Origin: a virus
Virus record (IMG/VR): IMGVR_UViG_3300026518_000008
Location: 29,164 to 93,163 of that record
Strand: one strand, 5' to 3'
DNA length: 64,000 nucleotides
Every line of letters starts with the position of its first letter. Within the stretch, counting starts at the first letter, position 1. A model generated the notes under the pieces. The model was not told the origin of the DNA. It ran no database searches and saw only the letters and a list, made by a program, of their open reading frames with translations. Position numbers and translations under genes: made by a program. Below are positions 1-9,793 of this stretch, in pieces.

Positions 1-53
1 GATTCAGTTTCATATGATATACTATCATTATATTTACATATAGGATTATTATC

Positions 54-593
54 ATGAGTGAGTTTACAGAGTATCGCAGACTAGGTTCTGCTTGGGCTAG
101 ACCAGTTACCGCATATGATTGTACTGGAGAGGGAATCGAGAGGCTAGAGTCGATAGGAGTATCTATTTCACCAGCAGATCTTGATGCAGGATCACCTAGA
201 ATTGGTGACATGATATGCATGAATCCATCTAATTATGCAGATCAGTGGCTAGTAACTCACGATTACTTTCAGGAGAACTTCGAGCATATTGCCTCTGGTT
301 CTGATGTATTGCATACAGGATCTCAGATTGGTGTTCGCAGAGGCTCACTTGATTCAGTGAATAGCGAGCGTTTTTACAGAGGGCTACGATTCGAGTTTAG
401 CGGTAGCTCAGATGACTTTATTGAGATATCTACATCTGGAGTTCGTACGCTATTTGGAGCTAATTCACAGATGGCTGACGATGCCTATACTAGATCGCTT
501 GAGGATGCTATTAGAGACTACATATCTCGCGTTGATGCTGGAGAGATACTTTCTACTAACACATATGAGAAATTTAGAGAGCTACTTAGTTAG
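54..593 (+). CDS. phage hypothetical protein
   Basis: 179-aa ORF; AGGA ribosome-binding site (RBS) and TGATATACT extended -10 upstream; no recognisable catalytic motif. Confidence 0.7.
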   Translation: MSEFTEYRRLGSAWARPVTAYDCTGEGIERLESIGVSISPADLDAGSPRIGDMICMNPSNYADQWLVTHDYFQENFEHIASGSDVLHTGSQIGVRRGSLDSVNSERFYRGLRFEFSGSSDDFIEISTSGVRTLFGANSQMADDAYTRSLEDAIRDYISRVDAGEILSTNTYEKFRELLS

Positions 594-985
594 GGTATCA
601 CTTGGTGATACGCATCTAATATCACATCTTCTTCGGCTTTGAAAAATTCAGTGCATCCATCGAATCTTTCTGCTGGTTCGTATCCATATATTTTCAGTAG
701 ATTGTGTATAGCTTTTTCATCTCCATATGGATCTTTTGATTTTCTATCTCGTTTTAGTCTAGACATTGGTACTACTTGATATGACAGATATATACTTCTG
801 AGCACTTGCATGAATCTATCTATACTTGACTTCCCACTAGCCTTTCCTATTTTGTATACTACATCTCCGTCCAGCTTAAATTTCATGCAGTATACTCTCC
901 CCTGGTTCTTAGGCGGTTTATCTGCTCGTCCACTAGCTCTATCTACATATTCTTCACTTGTACCTATCAGATTTGCTATTGACAT
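590..985 (-). CDS. T5orf172/MUG113-type (GIY-YIG-related) domain protein
   Basis: GRVYCM...YKIGK, E..IH and F.GCTEFF pattern typical of the family. Confidence 0.7.
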   Translation of the reverse strand: MSIANLIGTSEEYVDRASGRADKPPKNQGRVYCMKFKLDGDVVYKIGKASGKSSIDRFMQVLRSIYLSYQVVPMSRLKRDRKSKDPYGDEKAIHNLLKIYGYEPAERFDGCTEFFKAEEDVILDAYHQVIP

Positions 986-991
986 ATACTA

Positions 992-1216
992 CTACTGTTC
1001 AGAACCAGTGGTGATGAGCTCAGCTGCTTCAGATGGTACTATCCAGGATATCTCGTTGAGACCTTCAGGTATTGACAGAGACTCACAGTTTGGACAAGTT
1101 AGGATACTTACCAGCAGTGGTTCACCAGATGGAGACTCTATATCTAGCTTTGATATCAGATCTGCTTCCATATCAAATCCTAGACGGCAATGTGGGCACA
1201 CATATATATTACTCAT
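992..1216 (-). CDS. small zinc-ribbon protein
   Basis: CPHC...CPNC; tightly packed in a leftward operon. Confidence 0.65.
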   Translation of the reverse strand: MSNIYVCPHCRLGFDMEADLISKLDIESPSGEPLLVSILTCPNCESLSIPEGLNEISWIVPSEAAELITTGSEQ

Positions 1217-1226
1217 ATTCCATTCC

Positions 1227-1472
1227 TTATAGTATTAGTCCCAGACTCGGACTTTCTTTGAGCAGTTTTGCTTTCTCAACTGCTTCCTGCTCTTGTTGTT
1301 CCAGCCACTTCTGTCTGGCTAGATCATATACCATTCTTACTCCGTTTATTATATCTACTGTTATCCAGCATATATCTTTCCATTCAGAGTCTATGTATGC
1401 CCATCTAGGCAATTCATCCATTTGTTTGAGTAGTCTTGGTTTCATATTGTGGATTATACCACAACATTTCAT
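1227..1472 (-). CDS. hypothetical protein
   Basis: 81-aa ORF packed between co-oriented neighbours. Confidence 0.5.
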   Translation of the reverse strand: MKCCGIIHNMKPRLLKQMDELPRWAYIDSEWKDICWITVDIINGVRMVYDLARQKWLEQQEQEAVEKAKLLKESPSLGLIL

Positions 1473-1478
1473 ATTTGA

Positions 1479-2006
1479 CTAGTCGTCTCGTTTTATCATA
1501 TGTTCTTGATCACAGCTTTGATTCCACTGATAGATTGCTTGCAGTTTTCTTGTTGATATTATCATTAGCTGGTTTGCCATATATTGAGTCTTGTTTAGCT
1601 TTATCGCTAGACCTTTCTCTTTGAGCAGCTTCATACCTTTTCTGAATGCCTGAGCATAAGCATCAGATTCCCAGTATTTTGCTGGTATATAGCTTATTCC
1701 ATCAGAGTACATTTCGTCAGTGATTTCGTCTCGTACCCACCTAGATGTCCGTCTTAGTGTTAGCAGAGCAAAATGCTCACGCTTTGTCATCTCATATGTT
1801 GCCTCTAGAGGGTCTATCGCTTCTAGTCCTGATCTAATATTTTTTGCTCCTGATCCTACCATATAGTATGATATATTTACATCTAATTCTTTTATTATTT
1901 TTACGCCATGACCTTTAGGTATGTCTAAGGTTACATTGTGTATACTTTTATTACTACTCACTAGTAACACCTCGCTATCGGAGATGTCAGTCTCCGATTC
2001 TTTCAT
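1479..2006 (-). CDS. RepL-like winged-helix DNA-binding protein
   Basis: C-terminal AFRKGMKLLKEKGLAIKLNKTQYMAN resembles IKLDTGVYMVNP of the ORF at 2753-3229. Confidence 0.45.
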   Translation of the reverse strand: MKESETDISDSEVLLVSSNKSIHNVTLDIPKGHGVKIIKELDVNISYYMVGSGAKNIRSGLEAIDPLEATYEMTKREHFALLTLRRTSRWVRDEITDEMYSDGISYIPAKYWESDAYAQAFRKGMKLLKEKGLAIKLNKTQYMANQLMIISTRKLQAIYQWNQSCDQEHMIKRDD

Positions 2007-2044
2007 TTTATTTTATCTTCTCATTAATTTTTTTTACATATAAT

Positions 2045-2101
2045 AGTATATCATATTTTTGGTCAACTTCTGACCAAATCGTATATGTTTTTGGTCAACT
2101 T
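2045..2101 (-). promoter_or_regulatory. extended -10 promoter with adjacent palindromic operator-like site
   Basis: Minus-strand ATATGATATACT (2045-2056); inverted repeat TTTGGTCA-N5-TGACCAAA (2058-2078); direct repeat TTTTTGGTCAACTT at 2056 and 2088. Confidence 0.5.
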
Positions 2102-2752
2102 TTGGTTTTGGATATTCCGTGCTACACGATGCTGGGCAGGAATTCCCTATATTATAGAATATATTATAGAACAGCATATCTACGTTCGCATGACTACGCA
2201 TGCTCACAGTTCATCTCTCCGAGGGAGACTGTGGGATACTATTTACCTTATCTATGAGGTATATTCAGAACCAGGGGAGATGGACTACTACAGATTTCAG
2301 AGTTTAGTTATTTAGTGGTCCAGATCTGATTTCAGCTCAGACTGGTATAGGCTGGACATTTTTTGTTTCCAGACTTAATCTGGTCAGCTGGCTATTGACT
2401 TGCCTAGATGTTTGCAGACTTGGATAACATCCTTTACGGATCTTTTGCCTTGTAGCAATAGCAATCGTTGCATCTTTTGTCCATCTCTATACTTAAGTGC
2501 ATTCTATTACACCAGTTGTTACTACTTAGACCGTTAAGATCAACCATATACATACACTTCTTGCAGGCTTGCTTAGTCATGGATTTTCCTTTGACTCACA
2601 GTCGGCTTTGAACCAGTCGCAGTCTTATATTATTGTATCTACTTTGATCTTAGCTTTGGCTTTGGCTCACAGCTAACTTCAGACTTTGTATATGCATTCA
2701 TCTCCCTGGTTCTGACTTATTACAGAGGTAGTCCTTGGTAGGCTGCCGCAGG

Positions 2753-3229
2753 CTAGATGTTCTCTAGATCACTTAGTTGTTCTTTCCATATCATTTGAGC
2801 TTCTTCTCTTTGCTCATTAGATCTGATTCTTTTACCAGTGAATACCATTGGATTCACCATATACACTCCAGTATCTAGTTTGATTGTTAGTCTGTCCGGT
2901 CTCACTTCTTCAGTGCTCTTGAGAAATGTTGTCAGCTTCTGTCTTGATACGTCTAGATCTTTCGCTAGCTTTCCTATGTTTGATATTCGTATTTCATTTT
3001 GCTTGTCTGCCATCTCCAGCAGTATTCTGAATATCCGTATGTCTTTTGATGACTTACAGATTTGTTCTTGTATTTCGAATAGGTTCATTGAGTTTATCCT
3101 TGATGTTAGATTTTTTATGCTATAATATTTTTTAGAAACTTCATGTGTACCACTTATTCGGTGCAGTTCTCCGGTATCTGGATTCATAATATCCAGATCC
3201 ACCTTATATACTTCATTTTTTTCGAGCAT
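2753..3229 (-). CDS. RepL-family winged-helix protein (replication/maintenance or regulator)
   Basis: Helix-turn-helix IGKLAKDLDVSRQKLTTFL followed by the GVYMVNP wing motif; AAGGA RBS. Confidence 0.7.
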   Translation of the reverse strand: MLEKNEVYKVDLDIMNPDTGELHRISGTHEVSKKYYSIKNLTSRINSMNLFEIQEQICKSSKDIRIFRILLEMADKQNEIRISNIGKLAKDLDVSRQKLTTFLKSTEEVRPDRLTIKLDTGVYMVNPMVFTGKRIRSNEQREEAQMIWKEQLSDLENI

Positions 3230-3243
3230 TTCTCATCCTTTAC

Positions 3244-3296
3244 TGACAACTGTCAGTTGTCAAATGTATTATACCAGTTACCACATAGAATGTCAA
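3244..3296 (-). promoter_or_regulatory. consensus sigma70 promoter with downstream palindromic operator
   Basis: Minus-strand TTGACA (3296-3291), 17-nt spacer, TATAAT (3273-3268) with extended TG; perfect inverted repeat TGACAACTG-T-CAGTTGTCA at 3244-3262. Confidence 0.8.
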
Positions 3297-3896
3297 TATG
3301 TCTCGTAGTCATGGTACTTGCAGAGGATTTGGTCTTTGTTGGCTATTTATATAGTCATATAGACTTGGTATAGACTTTGACTCAATTACTATCACTATAC
3401 TTATAACTGTCTTCATATATATATTTATATAGACTACAGATCTTTGGTTCTGAGGTAGAGTCATCATTGTAATTGTTCAGACCGAAGGTCAGGGCCGACC
3501 GCTTTAGGTCACGTGTAGAGGCTTACAAATTTTTTTGTGTGTATATTTTTTTGTGTGTACATGTTAGAATAAAAATTTGTGCGTACATATTGGCAGGGTT
3601 TCGCTTCAGGCACATTTCAGATCAAAGTACCCCCCACTACTATTATTCCCTTCTGCACTCATTTTCACCACCTCATCTACATAGAGTTCGGCTTCTGTCT
3701 TCCTATCTTTGGTTCTTAGTTATTCCTTTCTCTGCACACAGTAATCAGCTCTTGTCCATCCTTTGGTTCTGAGGTATTACCTAGTTGTACTGCTACTATA
3801 GCCTTTCGTGTAATAGATATATGTACATTCATTGTGAATGTATACGACTATCACAATCCAGTACCATCGAGTACATTATTCTGTAGGAGGAATATC

Positions 3897-4262
3897 ATGA
3901 GCTATAATACTCAACAAACTCAAGTCTCTAAAAAGAGCACTCCATTCGTTAAAACATCTAGCGGTCATTCAATAAACTATACAGGTCTAAAGCCTTCTGA
4001 AGGTTTATCTGTGTCTTTAGCTTTATCTGTTGACGCAGACGGCAACACCATTAAGTCTTTGGACAACAATGGTACAGAAACTGTATCATTTCGTAACTCG
4101 TTCTCAGACGGCGACTTGTTTACATATATTCCTGTTGAAGACGTTGGTACTAAGAAGTCAGTGAAGTTGCTTGTCGATTCTAACGGAACTAAGTTTGCAT
4201 CGTTTACTGTGCAGAACACTATCATTATCAATGAGGCGGGTGCTAAACCTGCTTCATTGTAG
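3897..4262 (+). CDS. early hypothetical protein
   Basis: Strong AGGAGG RBS before ATG 3897 (start moved from the ORF-track value 3834). Confidence 0.8.
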   Translation: MSYNTQQTQVSKKSTPFVKTSSGHSINYTGLKPSEGLSVSLALSVDADGNTIKSLDNNGTETVSFRNSFSDGDLFTYIPVEDVGTKKSVKLLVDSNGTKFASFTVQNTIIINEAGAKPASL

Positions 4263-4272
4263 GAGGTGTACT

Positions 4273-4554
4273 ATGCCAGTTGAATTCAGCTTATTTAGTA
4301 TAATCGCTATTGTATTACTATTTTGGTTCGTATGGTCTCAATTGAAGTCCAGCAAAACTATCCAAGTTGTTGCTACTAGCATCCAAGACCAGGTTGAACT
4401 TGGTGCTAAATGGTCTCAGGCAACTATGGTTGACACTGCTTCTAAGTCCAATATGTCTCGTGCAATCGAGCTAACAGAGAAGCGTGATGAGCTTACACAG
4501 CTCAACATCACCAAAGCTTCAGTATCTAAAATCCGTGAAGAGTGGGGTATATAA
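4273..4554 (+). CDS. early membrane-anchored protein
   Basis: AGGAGG RBS, N-terminal hydrophobic helix, C-terminus IREEWGI. Confidence 0.75.
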   Translation: MPVEFSLFSIIAIVLLFWFVWSQLKSSKTIQVVATSIQDQVELGAKWSQATMVDTASKSNMSRAIELTEKRDELTQLNITKASVSKIREEWGI

Positions 4555-4652
4555 TGTATCCTATTATCATATCAGTAGTCCTTATCGGGCTACTAATACT
4601 TATCGGAGTTACTGTATCAAAGTTGGTCGACATGGACTCACATCCATTTTGA
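4554..4652 (+). CDS. 32-aa single-pass membrane peptide
   Basis: TAATG stop/start overlap with the upstream gene; MYPIIISVVLIGLLILIGVTVSK; ends just before a terminator. Confidence 0.5.
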   Translation: MYPIIISVVLIGLLILIGVTVSKLVDMDSHPF

Positions 4653-4660
4653 CTATTTCA

Positions 4661-4695
4661 GCGTCCCTTCGTTGGGATGCTTATCTTTTTCTTTT
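4661..4695 (+). terminator. rho-independent terminator
   Basis: GCGTCCC-TTCGTT-GGGATGC hairpin followed by a T-rich tract. Confidence 0.7.
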
Positions 4696-5180
4696 CCTCT
4701 CTGCACACAGCAGTTATTCGTTTATATATTATGTATCTTTTGATTTCTATATTTCGCTATTTGCTTGAGTTCGTTTATTTTAAGTTCTCCTTTGCACACA
4801 CGGTCGAGAGAACCACAAGAGTACACTACAAGTTTTTTGTGTTTGCAGTTTTCGTCCCTTTCGTGTGTTGGTATTGTTTATTATTTTATTATGTGTTCGT
4901 TGTTCTACCAGTATGTTATCTATGGATAGATATGGTTATATATTTGAACCAGAACCGAACCAATAGAAATTGATATTCACACTCAGAATTGAGTTATTCA
5001 CATGTTATTCACATCTACTTATGTATGTAGAATATGCCGGTATAGAGGGCATTATAGGTCTTTTTCAATTCCTACTCTTACAGCTTCACTTCTACTCCAG
5101 AAACACAAAATGTGAATAACTCTATAAACACAAACGTACATATCTCAACAGAGAACCAACACACACCAAAGGAGACAACA

Positions 5181-5408
5181 ATGGCACTATCATCAACAGC
5201 TAGAGACTTCAGACTAGCATACATTCAATACATGATCTCAGAGGCTATGTCTACAACTAATATCGAGGACCAAGACAAAATAGCTAGAGAGATCCAGGCT
5301 TCATCACTACAATTACCATTCAGAGAATTAGTAGACATGGCCATATACGACGGATTAATCGACTCATTCGATGACATATACACAGAACCAGAGGGAGATA
5401 TACTATGA
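5181..5408 (+). CDS. early hypothetical protein
   Basis: AAGGAG RBS before ATG 5181. Confidence 0.7.
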   Translation: MALSSTARDFRLAYIQYMISEAMSTTNIEDQDKIAREIQASSLQLPFRELVDMAIYDGLIDSFDDIYTEPEGDIL

Positions 5409-5504
5409 TACACAACATAGACACAGTAATAACAGGCTACACAGTTGCAACAGTATTATTCTTAACTACAATATACTTTGCCTATTCACTATAAGGAGAT
5501 AACA

Positions 5505-5711
5505 ATGAACCAGAAACCAATCACAGCTCAAGACAAAGTCACATTAGACATGTACATGGCATACATCCATCCAGACGAGAATTTATTCTCAGACACAGAA
5601 ATTATGGAGTCCATACTTCGTATACAGCAGATAGTTGGAGACAGACTTGAGGTAGACACCATGACTAATGCAGAGCTTTATGCAGCACTAGATATTCTTG
5701 TAGCTGCATAG
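5505..5711 (+). CDS. early hypothetical protein
   Basis: AAGGAG RBS before ATG 5505. Confidence 0.7.
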   Translation: MNQKPITAQDKVTLDMYMAYIHPDENLFSDTEIMESILRIQQIVGDRLEVDTMTNAELYAALDILVAA

Positions 5712-5966
5712 ACCTATGTACACATACAACAATATTCGATTCGCTACCAAGCTGGATCGAGACACATATTATATCCGTATGGAGCTCTACCTCAGAACCA
5801 GAGGCTAGACTACATACCAAATCTTACAACGGGAGGAATTTGATTATGAATTCATTTGACGATCAGTACGACGAAGATTCTAGATTAATCTTTTGTCAAG
5901 GGTAGATACTACCATCATGCTTTGACCTGAAAAGGTCTTCAACTAATTACCATACAGGAGATAGAT

Positions 5967-6203
5967 ATGGAATCATCATTTGCATTTGGAGTAATACTCC
6001 TAGTTCTCGCATACTATGGCCGAAAAATGGCACAATTGTGGATGCAGGACAAAACATCACAACTTGAAGAGGCAGTCATGGAGTCTATGAAGACTCGACA
6101 ACCTCAGACACATCAGCTACATAATGATGTGAAGAAACTAAAATCTGACCAGGACGGCGTATGGACTACAGCCGAAATGATCAGAGAGGAGATGGGGATA
6201 TAG
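5967..6203 (+). CDS. early membrane-anchored protein, probable paralogue of 4273-4554
   Basis: AGGAG RBS, N-terminal transmembrane helix, C-terminus IREEMGI. Confidence 0.75.
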   Translation: MESSFAFGVILLVLAYYGRKMAQLWMQDKTSQLEEAVMESMKTRQPQTHQLHNDVKKLKSDQDGVWTTAEMIREEMGI

Positions 6204-6351
6204 TCCTCATCTCAAATTACATCTATCATGTAGATAGACCAAATTACAATTCCTCCTACAGAATTCTTGGATTCATGATAGATAGACGCAACTACAGTCT
6301 TGGATGTATTGCATCCTAAATATTACATAAATACCATATAAGGAAAACACA

Positions 6352-6981
6352 ATGGCAACTAGAAAATCAAATAAAATAACACAAGTACAAAAGGCTGCGA
6401 ATAGTATAATAGAGTCTCGTAACAAATTCTTACAGACTAATCCATCGGCAATCAATTACAAACTTCGTACTGAGTCTATAGCTAAACTCAAAGAAATCAT
6501 TATGTCAGTTACAGAAATTGCAAACATGGACCAAAGTAAAATCGCTGGTCGTATCACAGCTGCATCATCAGCTCGTAATGAATATGGTCGCGTATCAGGT
6601 TTGATGAACTTGCTTGCAACAATCATCAATTGGCCTTCAGATAGTCGCAAACCAGACGGATTAAACGAAACTCGTCAAGAAATTCTAGATTCACTTGGAA
6701 TGGATTTCACTATTTTCGAGGACTTGAAATCTGCGAAGGGATACCATACTTTCACTACAGACGAGCACTCTATTGAGCCAGGAATAGAACCAGCATTCGA
6801 AGAGTACAATATGCTAGTAGAACTACTTGCTTCTGAACTTGGATTATCGGTAGTAGATGTCAATCTTGACGAAGATAAATGGCACAGAGATGAGGTAAAG
6901 GCTATTGAGTCAGCTCAGTCAGAACTTGATGCTATCACTGCAGAACTTGAGTTACATCAACAACTACATGGAGCAGCATAG
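6352..6981 (+). CDS. hypothetical protein upstream of the RNA polymerase
   Basis: 209-aa ORF with AAGGA RBS. Confidence 0.8.
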   Translation: MATRKSNKITQVQKAANSIIESRNKFLQTNPSAINYKLRTESIAKLKEIIMSVTEIANMDQSKIAGRITAASSARNEYGRVSGLMNLLATIINWPSDSRKPDGLNETRQEILDSLGMDFTIFEDLKSAKGYHTFTTDEHSIEPGIEPAFEEYNMLVELLASELGLSVVDVNLDEDKWHRDEVKAIESAQSELDAITAELELHQQLHGAA

Positions 6982-6995
6982 CTATTCACCACTAC

Positions 6996-7046
6996 AGAAC
7001 CAGAGATAGATTGGACTATTTCCAGTCTTTTCTCTCTGGTTCTTTT
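6996..7046 (+). terminator. long hairpin, probable terminator
   Basis: AGAACCAGAGA...TCTCTGGTTCT outer stem with an AGATTGGA/TCCAGTCT inner stem, then T residues. Confidence 0.5.
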
Positions 7047-7067
7047 GTAACACACTAAGGAGAAAAC

Positions 7068-8897
7068 ATGTTAAAATATATATTAGACAAAGCTCTATCA
7101 GAGTATGTCAAATCATTCATAAGTTGGGGCTCAGATACTACAGAGTCCTTCATTTCATCACTTGACAGATCACTTATATCTGGAGGTACTATATCCACAG
7201 TTCACATGGCTCAGGAACACGACCCAATCATTGTTAAAGATATTACTTATGCATTATCAGATATTGGATTTATCAAATCTTCAGTTCTATCAAAATATGC
7301 ATCAGTAGAGCTTATTGAGTCTAAATTATATGAATATGAATCAAAGTCGGAGATAGACTCGTATAAAGTTCATGAAAGATTCAAGTCTATGATATTGCGT
7401 AGAGATATTGAGCATTATCCAGCTACATTAGTCAGATCCAACGGAGTTATTAAGGAAACTGGACTATCTAGATTAGGCTTTGCTAAAGTAGCGAAGAATG
7501 ACTTTCAATTTGATACCATCAAATTATCAGAGTATAGAGAGCCAATTGTTCAAACTATAGTTAAATCTATACAGAAATCCGTAGAGAAGGGCAATATCAC
7601 AGATAAATTCTTTCTCAACGAGGCTAACTATCAAGTCATAGCAGAACTTGCAGTTGATTACTATATTGCAGATCCATCTCAACGATTCAATCTTGAACAG
7701 AACATCTCAGATAGTCGTGGCAGAGCTACATTTAAGGCTTTGAAACGCATCGGGAATCCTATTCAATTCAAAGATTTCAGAGCATTGCTTATAGTTCCAG
7801 AGCCAACAGTTATCAATGTATTCAGTAGAGATAAACTCAATGACATCTACTATTTTATAGCAGAACTCATTGGAACAGATGCTGATACTGTAGATGGCAA
7901 GTATATAGCAGGTAGAATGGCTTATGAGGCACGATCTCTACCTCAGATAGATCTTACTATGGAACATGACCGTACAGAGCTTCATGAGCTTATATGGCTT
8001 GAGCGTATTTATGACAAACTTGACGAATTAGACATTCAGCGTAGAATATTTTGGGATATACCACTAGAGGTAGACGCTTCTATGTCTATTAATCAGTATG
8101 TAGGAGCACTTACCAATGACGCTAGATTGTTATCTCGTACGAATGTTATCGGAGATACACTTACGGATCCATGGTATATAGAAGGAGTCAAACGCCTTCA
8201 TGGCAAATTTGTTGGAACTCCGGTGTTCTATGGATCATCTCAGGCAGCTACTACTTTGCTTAGAGCAAATGGAGTGACTCCAGACATGGATGAAGTTAGA
8301 GCTATCAATCAGGAATTCCGCAACGGAGCATTCGCGGTTACTAAAGCATTTAAAGATTGCGTCATAGACGGATATTCAAACCATGCACCAGCTATACAGG
8401 TACAAATTGCAGACGACACATTTAATGTTGAATGCAACAAATTTAAAGTAGCTGGATCAACTAGAATATTTACTACGGCATGGGACTCAGACTTGAAGAG
8501 AATCCGCACAGCGGTCACTCATGAACCTATACGCATTCCAGATTACGACAGATTCAAATTGTTTTGGGCTACATGTTTGATTCACAACCTTGATTCACAG
8601 GATTCTAATGCCATTGCACTTGAGATATCTACAGAGTTAGTTGATCATGAGAGTTTATCCAATTGGATTATTACTATACATGACGCAGCTTTAACATTGC
8701 CTGGGACATGTAGAGTTGTTCGTAACAAATATGCAAAACGACTTAAACGAGTCAATACAAACAGAGATGAGATCATATCTAACTTTAGAGCATCTATAGG
8801 TGCAACTAGTATGAAATCAGATGTATCATTTATGAAATTACATAGAATGGTAGAGCAAGCAGATGATGTAGAATTCAACGCATCGGCTATGAAATAA
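7068..8897 (+). CDS. T7-type single-subunit DNA-directed RNA polymerase (compact, RNAP II-like)
   Basis: DSRGR motif; motif A PLEVDASMSINQ; motif B RLHGKFVGTPVFYGS; IHNLDS; motif C ITIHDA. Confidence 0.9.
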   Translation: MLKYILDKALSEYVKSFISWGSDTTESFISSLDRSLISGGTISTVHMAQEHDPIIVKDITYALSDIGFIKSSVLSKYASVELIESKLYEYESKSEIDSYKVHERFKSMILRRDIEHYPATLVRSNGVIKETGLSRLGFAKVAKNDFQFDTIKLSEYREPIVQTIVKSIQKSVEKGNITDKFFLNEANYQVIAELAVDYYIADPSQRFNLEQNISDSRGRATFKALKRIGNPIQFKDFRALLIVPEPTVINVFSRDKLNDIYYFIAELIGTDADTVDGKYIAGRMAYEARSLPQIDLTMEHDRTELHELIWLERIYDKLDELDIQRRIFWDIPLEVDASMSINQYVGALTNDARLLSRTNVIGDTLTDPWYIEGVKRLHGKFVGTPVFYGSSQAATTLLRANGVTPDMDEVRAINQEFRNGAFAVTKAFKDCVIDGYSNHAPAIQVQIADDTFNVECNKFKVAGSTRIFTTAWDSDLKRIRTAVTHEPIRIPDYDRFKLFWATCLIHNLDSQDSNAIALEISTELVDHESLSNWIITIHDAALTLPGTCRVVRNKYAKRLKRVNTNRDEIISNFRASIGATSMKSDVSFMKLHRMVEQADDVEFNASAMK

Positions 8898-8906
8898 GGA
8901 GCAAAC

Positions 8907-9218
8907 ATGCAAATCATTAATTTATGTCCACATACCATCAACGAGACTACTACTGGACGATCTTTCCCACCATCTGGACAGATTGCGAGAGTAAATGCAG
9001 TACAGAGTGAGGTATGTAAACGAAATGGTATACCTGTATACCATACCACATTTGGAGAGATAGCTGGACTTCCAGATAAACAGCCAGATACATTTTACAT
9101 TGTATCTGCTATAGTGCTAAATGCCACAGACAGAACAGATGTCATGGCACCAGGGAATATTCGTAGAGACGAGGATAAACAACCTATAGGTTGTCAAGGA
9201 TTCCGTTTAAATCAGTAG
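8907..9218 (+). CDS. conserved-looking phage hypothetical protein
   Basis: IINLCPHTI...PPSG..ARV...GLP....YIVS pattern; AGGAG RBS. Confidence 0.75.
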   Translation: MQIINLCPHTINETTTGRSFPPSGQIARVNAVQSEVCKRNGIPVYHTTFGEIAGLPDKQPDTFYIVSAIVLNATDRTDVMAPGNIRRDEDKQPIGCQGFRLNQ

Positions 9219-9227
9219 ACATATCAT

Positions 9228-9259
9228 AGCATGAGCCTTCGGGCTTTTGCTTTTTTTTT
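9228..9259 (+). terminator. rho-independent terminator
   Basis: GAGCC-TTCG-GGCTT hairpin with a long T run. Confidence 0.85.
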
Positions 9260-9340
9260 CTTCTCACAGGAGGGATAGAGAATTTATTTCTATTTTTTTT
9301 TCTTAACAGAGAGATAGAATATATTTTATGGAGGTATATC

Positions 9341-9793
9341 ATGTGGTATCAGAAATTATGGATAGCTATACCAATTACTATTGTTATTGCTTTTTTTTTC
9401 TCACTTATTCCTATTGCTATATGGCTTGGTATTTTTTTACTTTTTTATTTTTTTTTTACTAGAAATAATGATAAAAATAGAACAACAGATGAACTCAGAG
9501 AGAAATATAGACAGAATGCGTATGATACAGATAGTTACATTGACTATTCTAGAGTACCATATCAGTATTATGAGGCCTATAAAGATTACCTCAGAACCAG
9601 GGAGTGGCGTTCGCTTAGATTAGAAGTTTTAAACAGAGATTCTTTCAGTTGTGTTAAATGTGGAACAGAAGCTATAGATACTCCATTGCATGTTCACCAT
9701 ATACATTACAGAGGAATAGAGACGATGACATTTACACCAGATCAGCTAATTACCATTTGCCCATCTTGTCACAAATTAGAGCATCAGCATTAG
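9341..9793 (+). CDS. HNH endonuclease with N-terminal membrane anchor
   Basis: RDSFSCVKCG...LHVHHIHY...LITICPSCH; first ~38 aa strongly hydrophobic; GGAGG RBS. Confidence 0.8.
   Translation: MWYQKLWIAIPITIVIAFFFSLIPIAIWLGIFLLFYFFFTRNNDKNRTTDELREKYRQNAYDTDSYIDYSRVPYQYYEAYKDYLRTREWRSLRLEVLNRDSFSCVKCGTEAIDTPLHVHHIHYRGIETMTFTPDQLITICPSCHKLEHQH

Noticed and set aside
3480-3490. GACC-GAA-GGTC mini-hairpin resembling an N4 vRNAP hairpin promoter
   Set aside because: Only a 4-bp stem, a single copy, and on the wrong strand to template the rightward early genes
2085-3772. Plus-strand ORFs in the 2.0-3.8 kb region
   Set aside because: No RBS, low-complexity translations, and overlap with a better minus-strand gene or regulatory DNA
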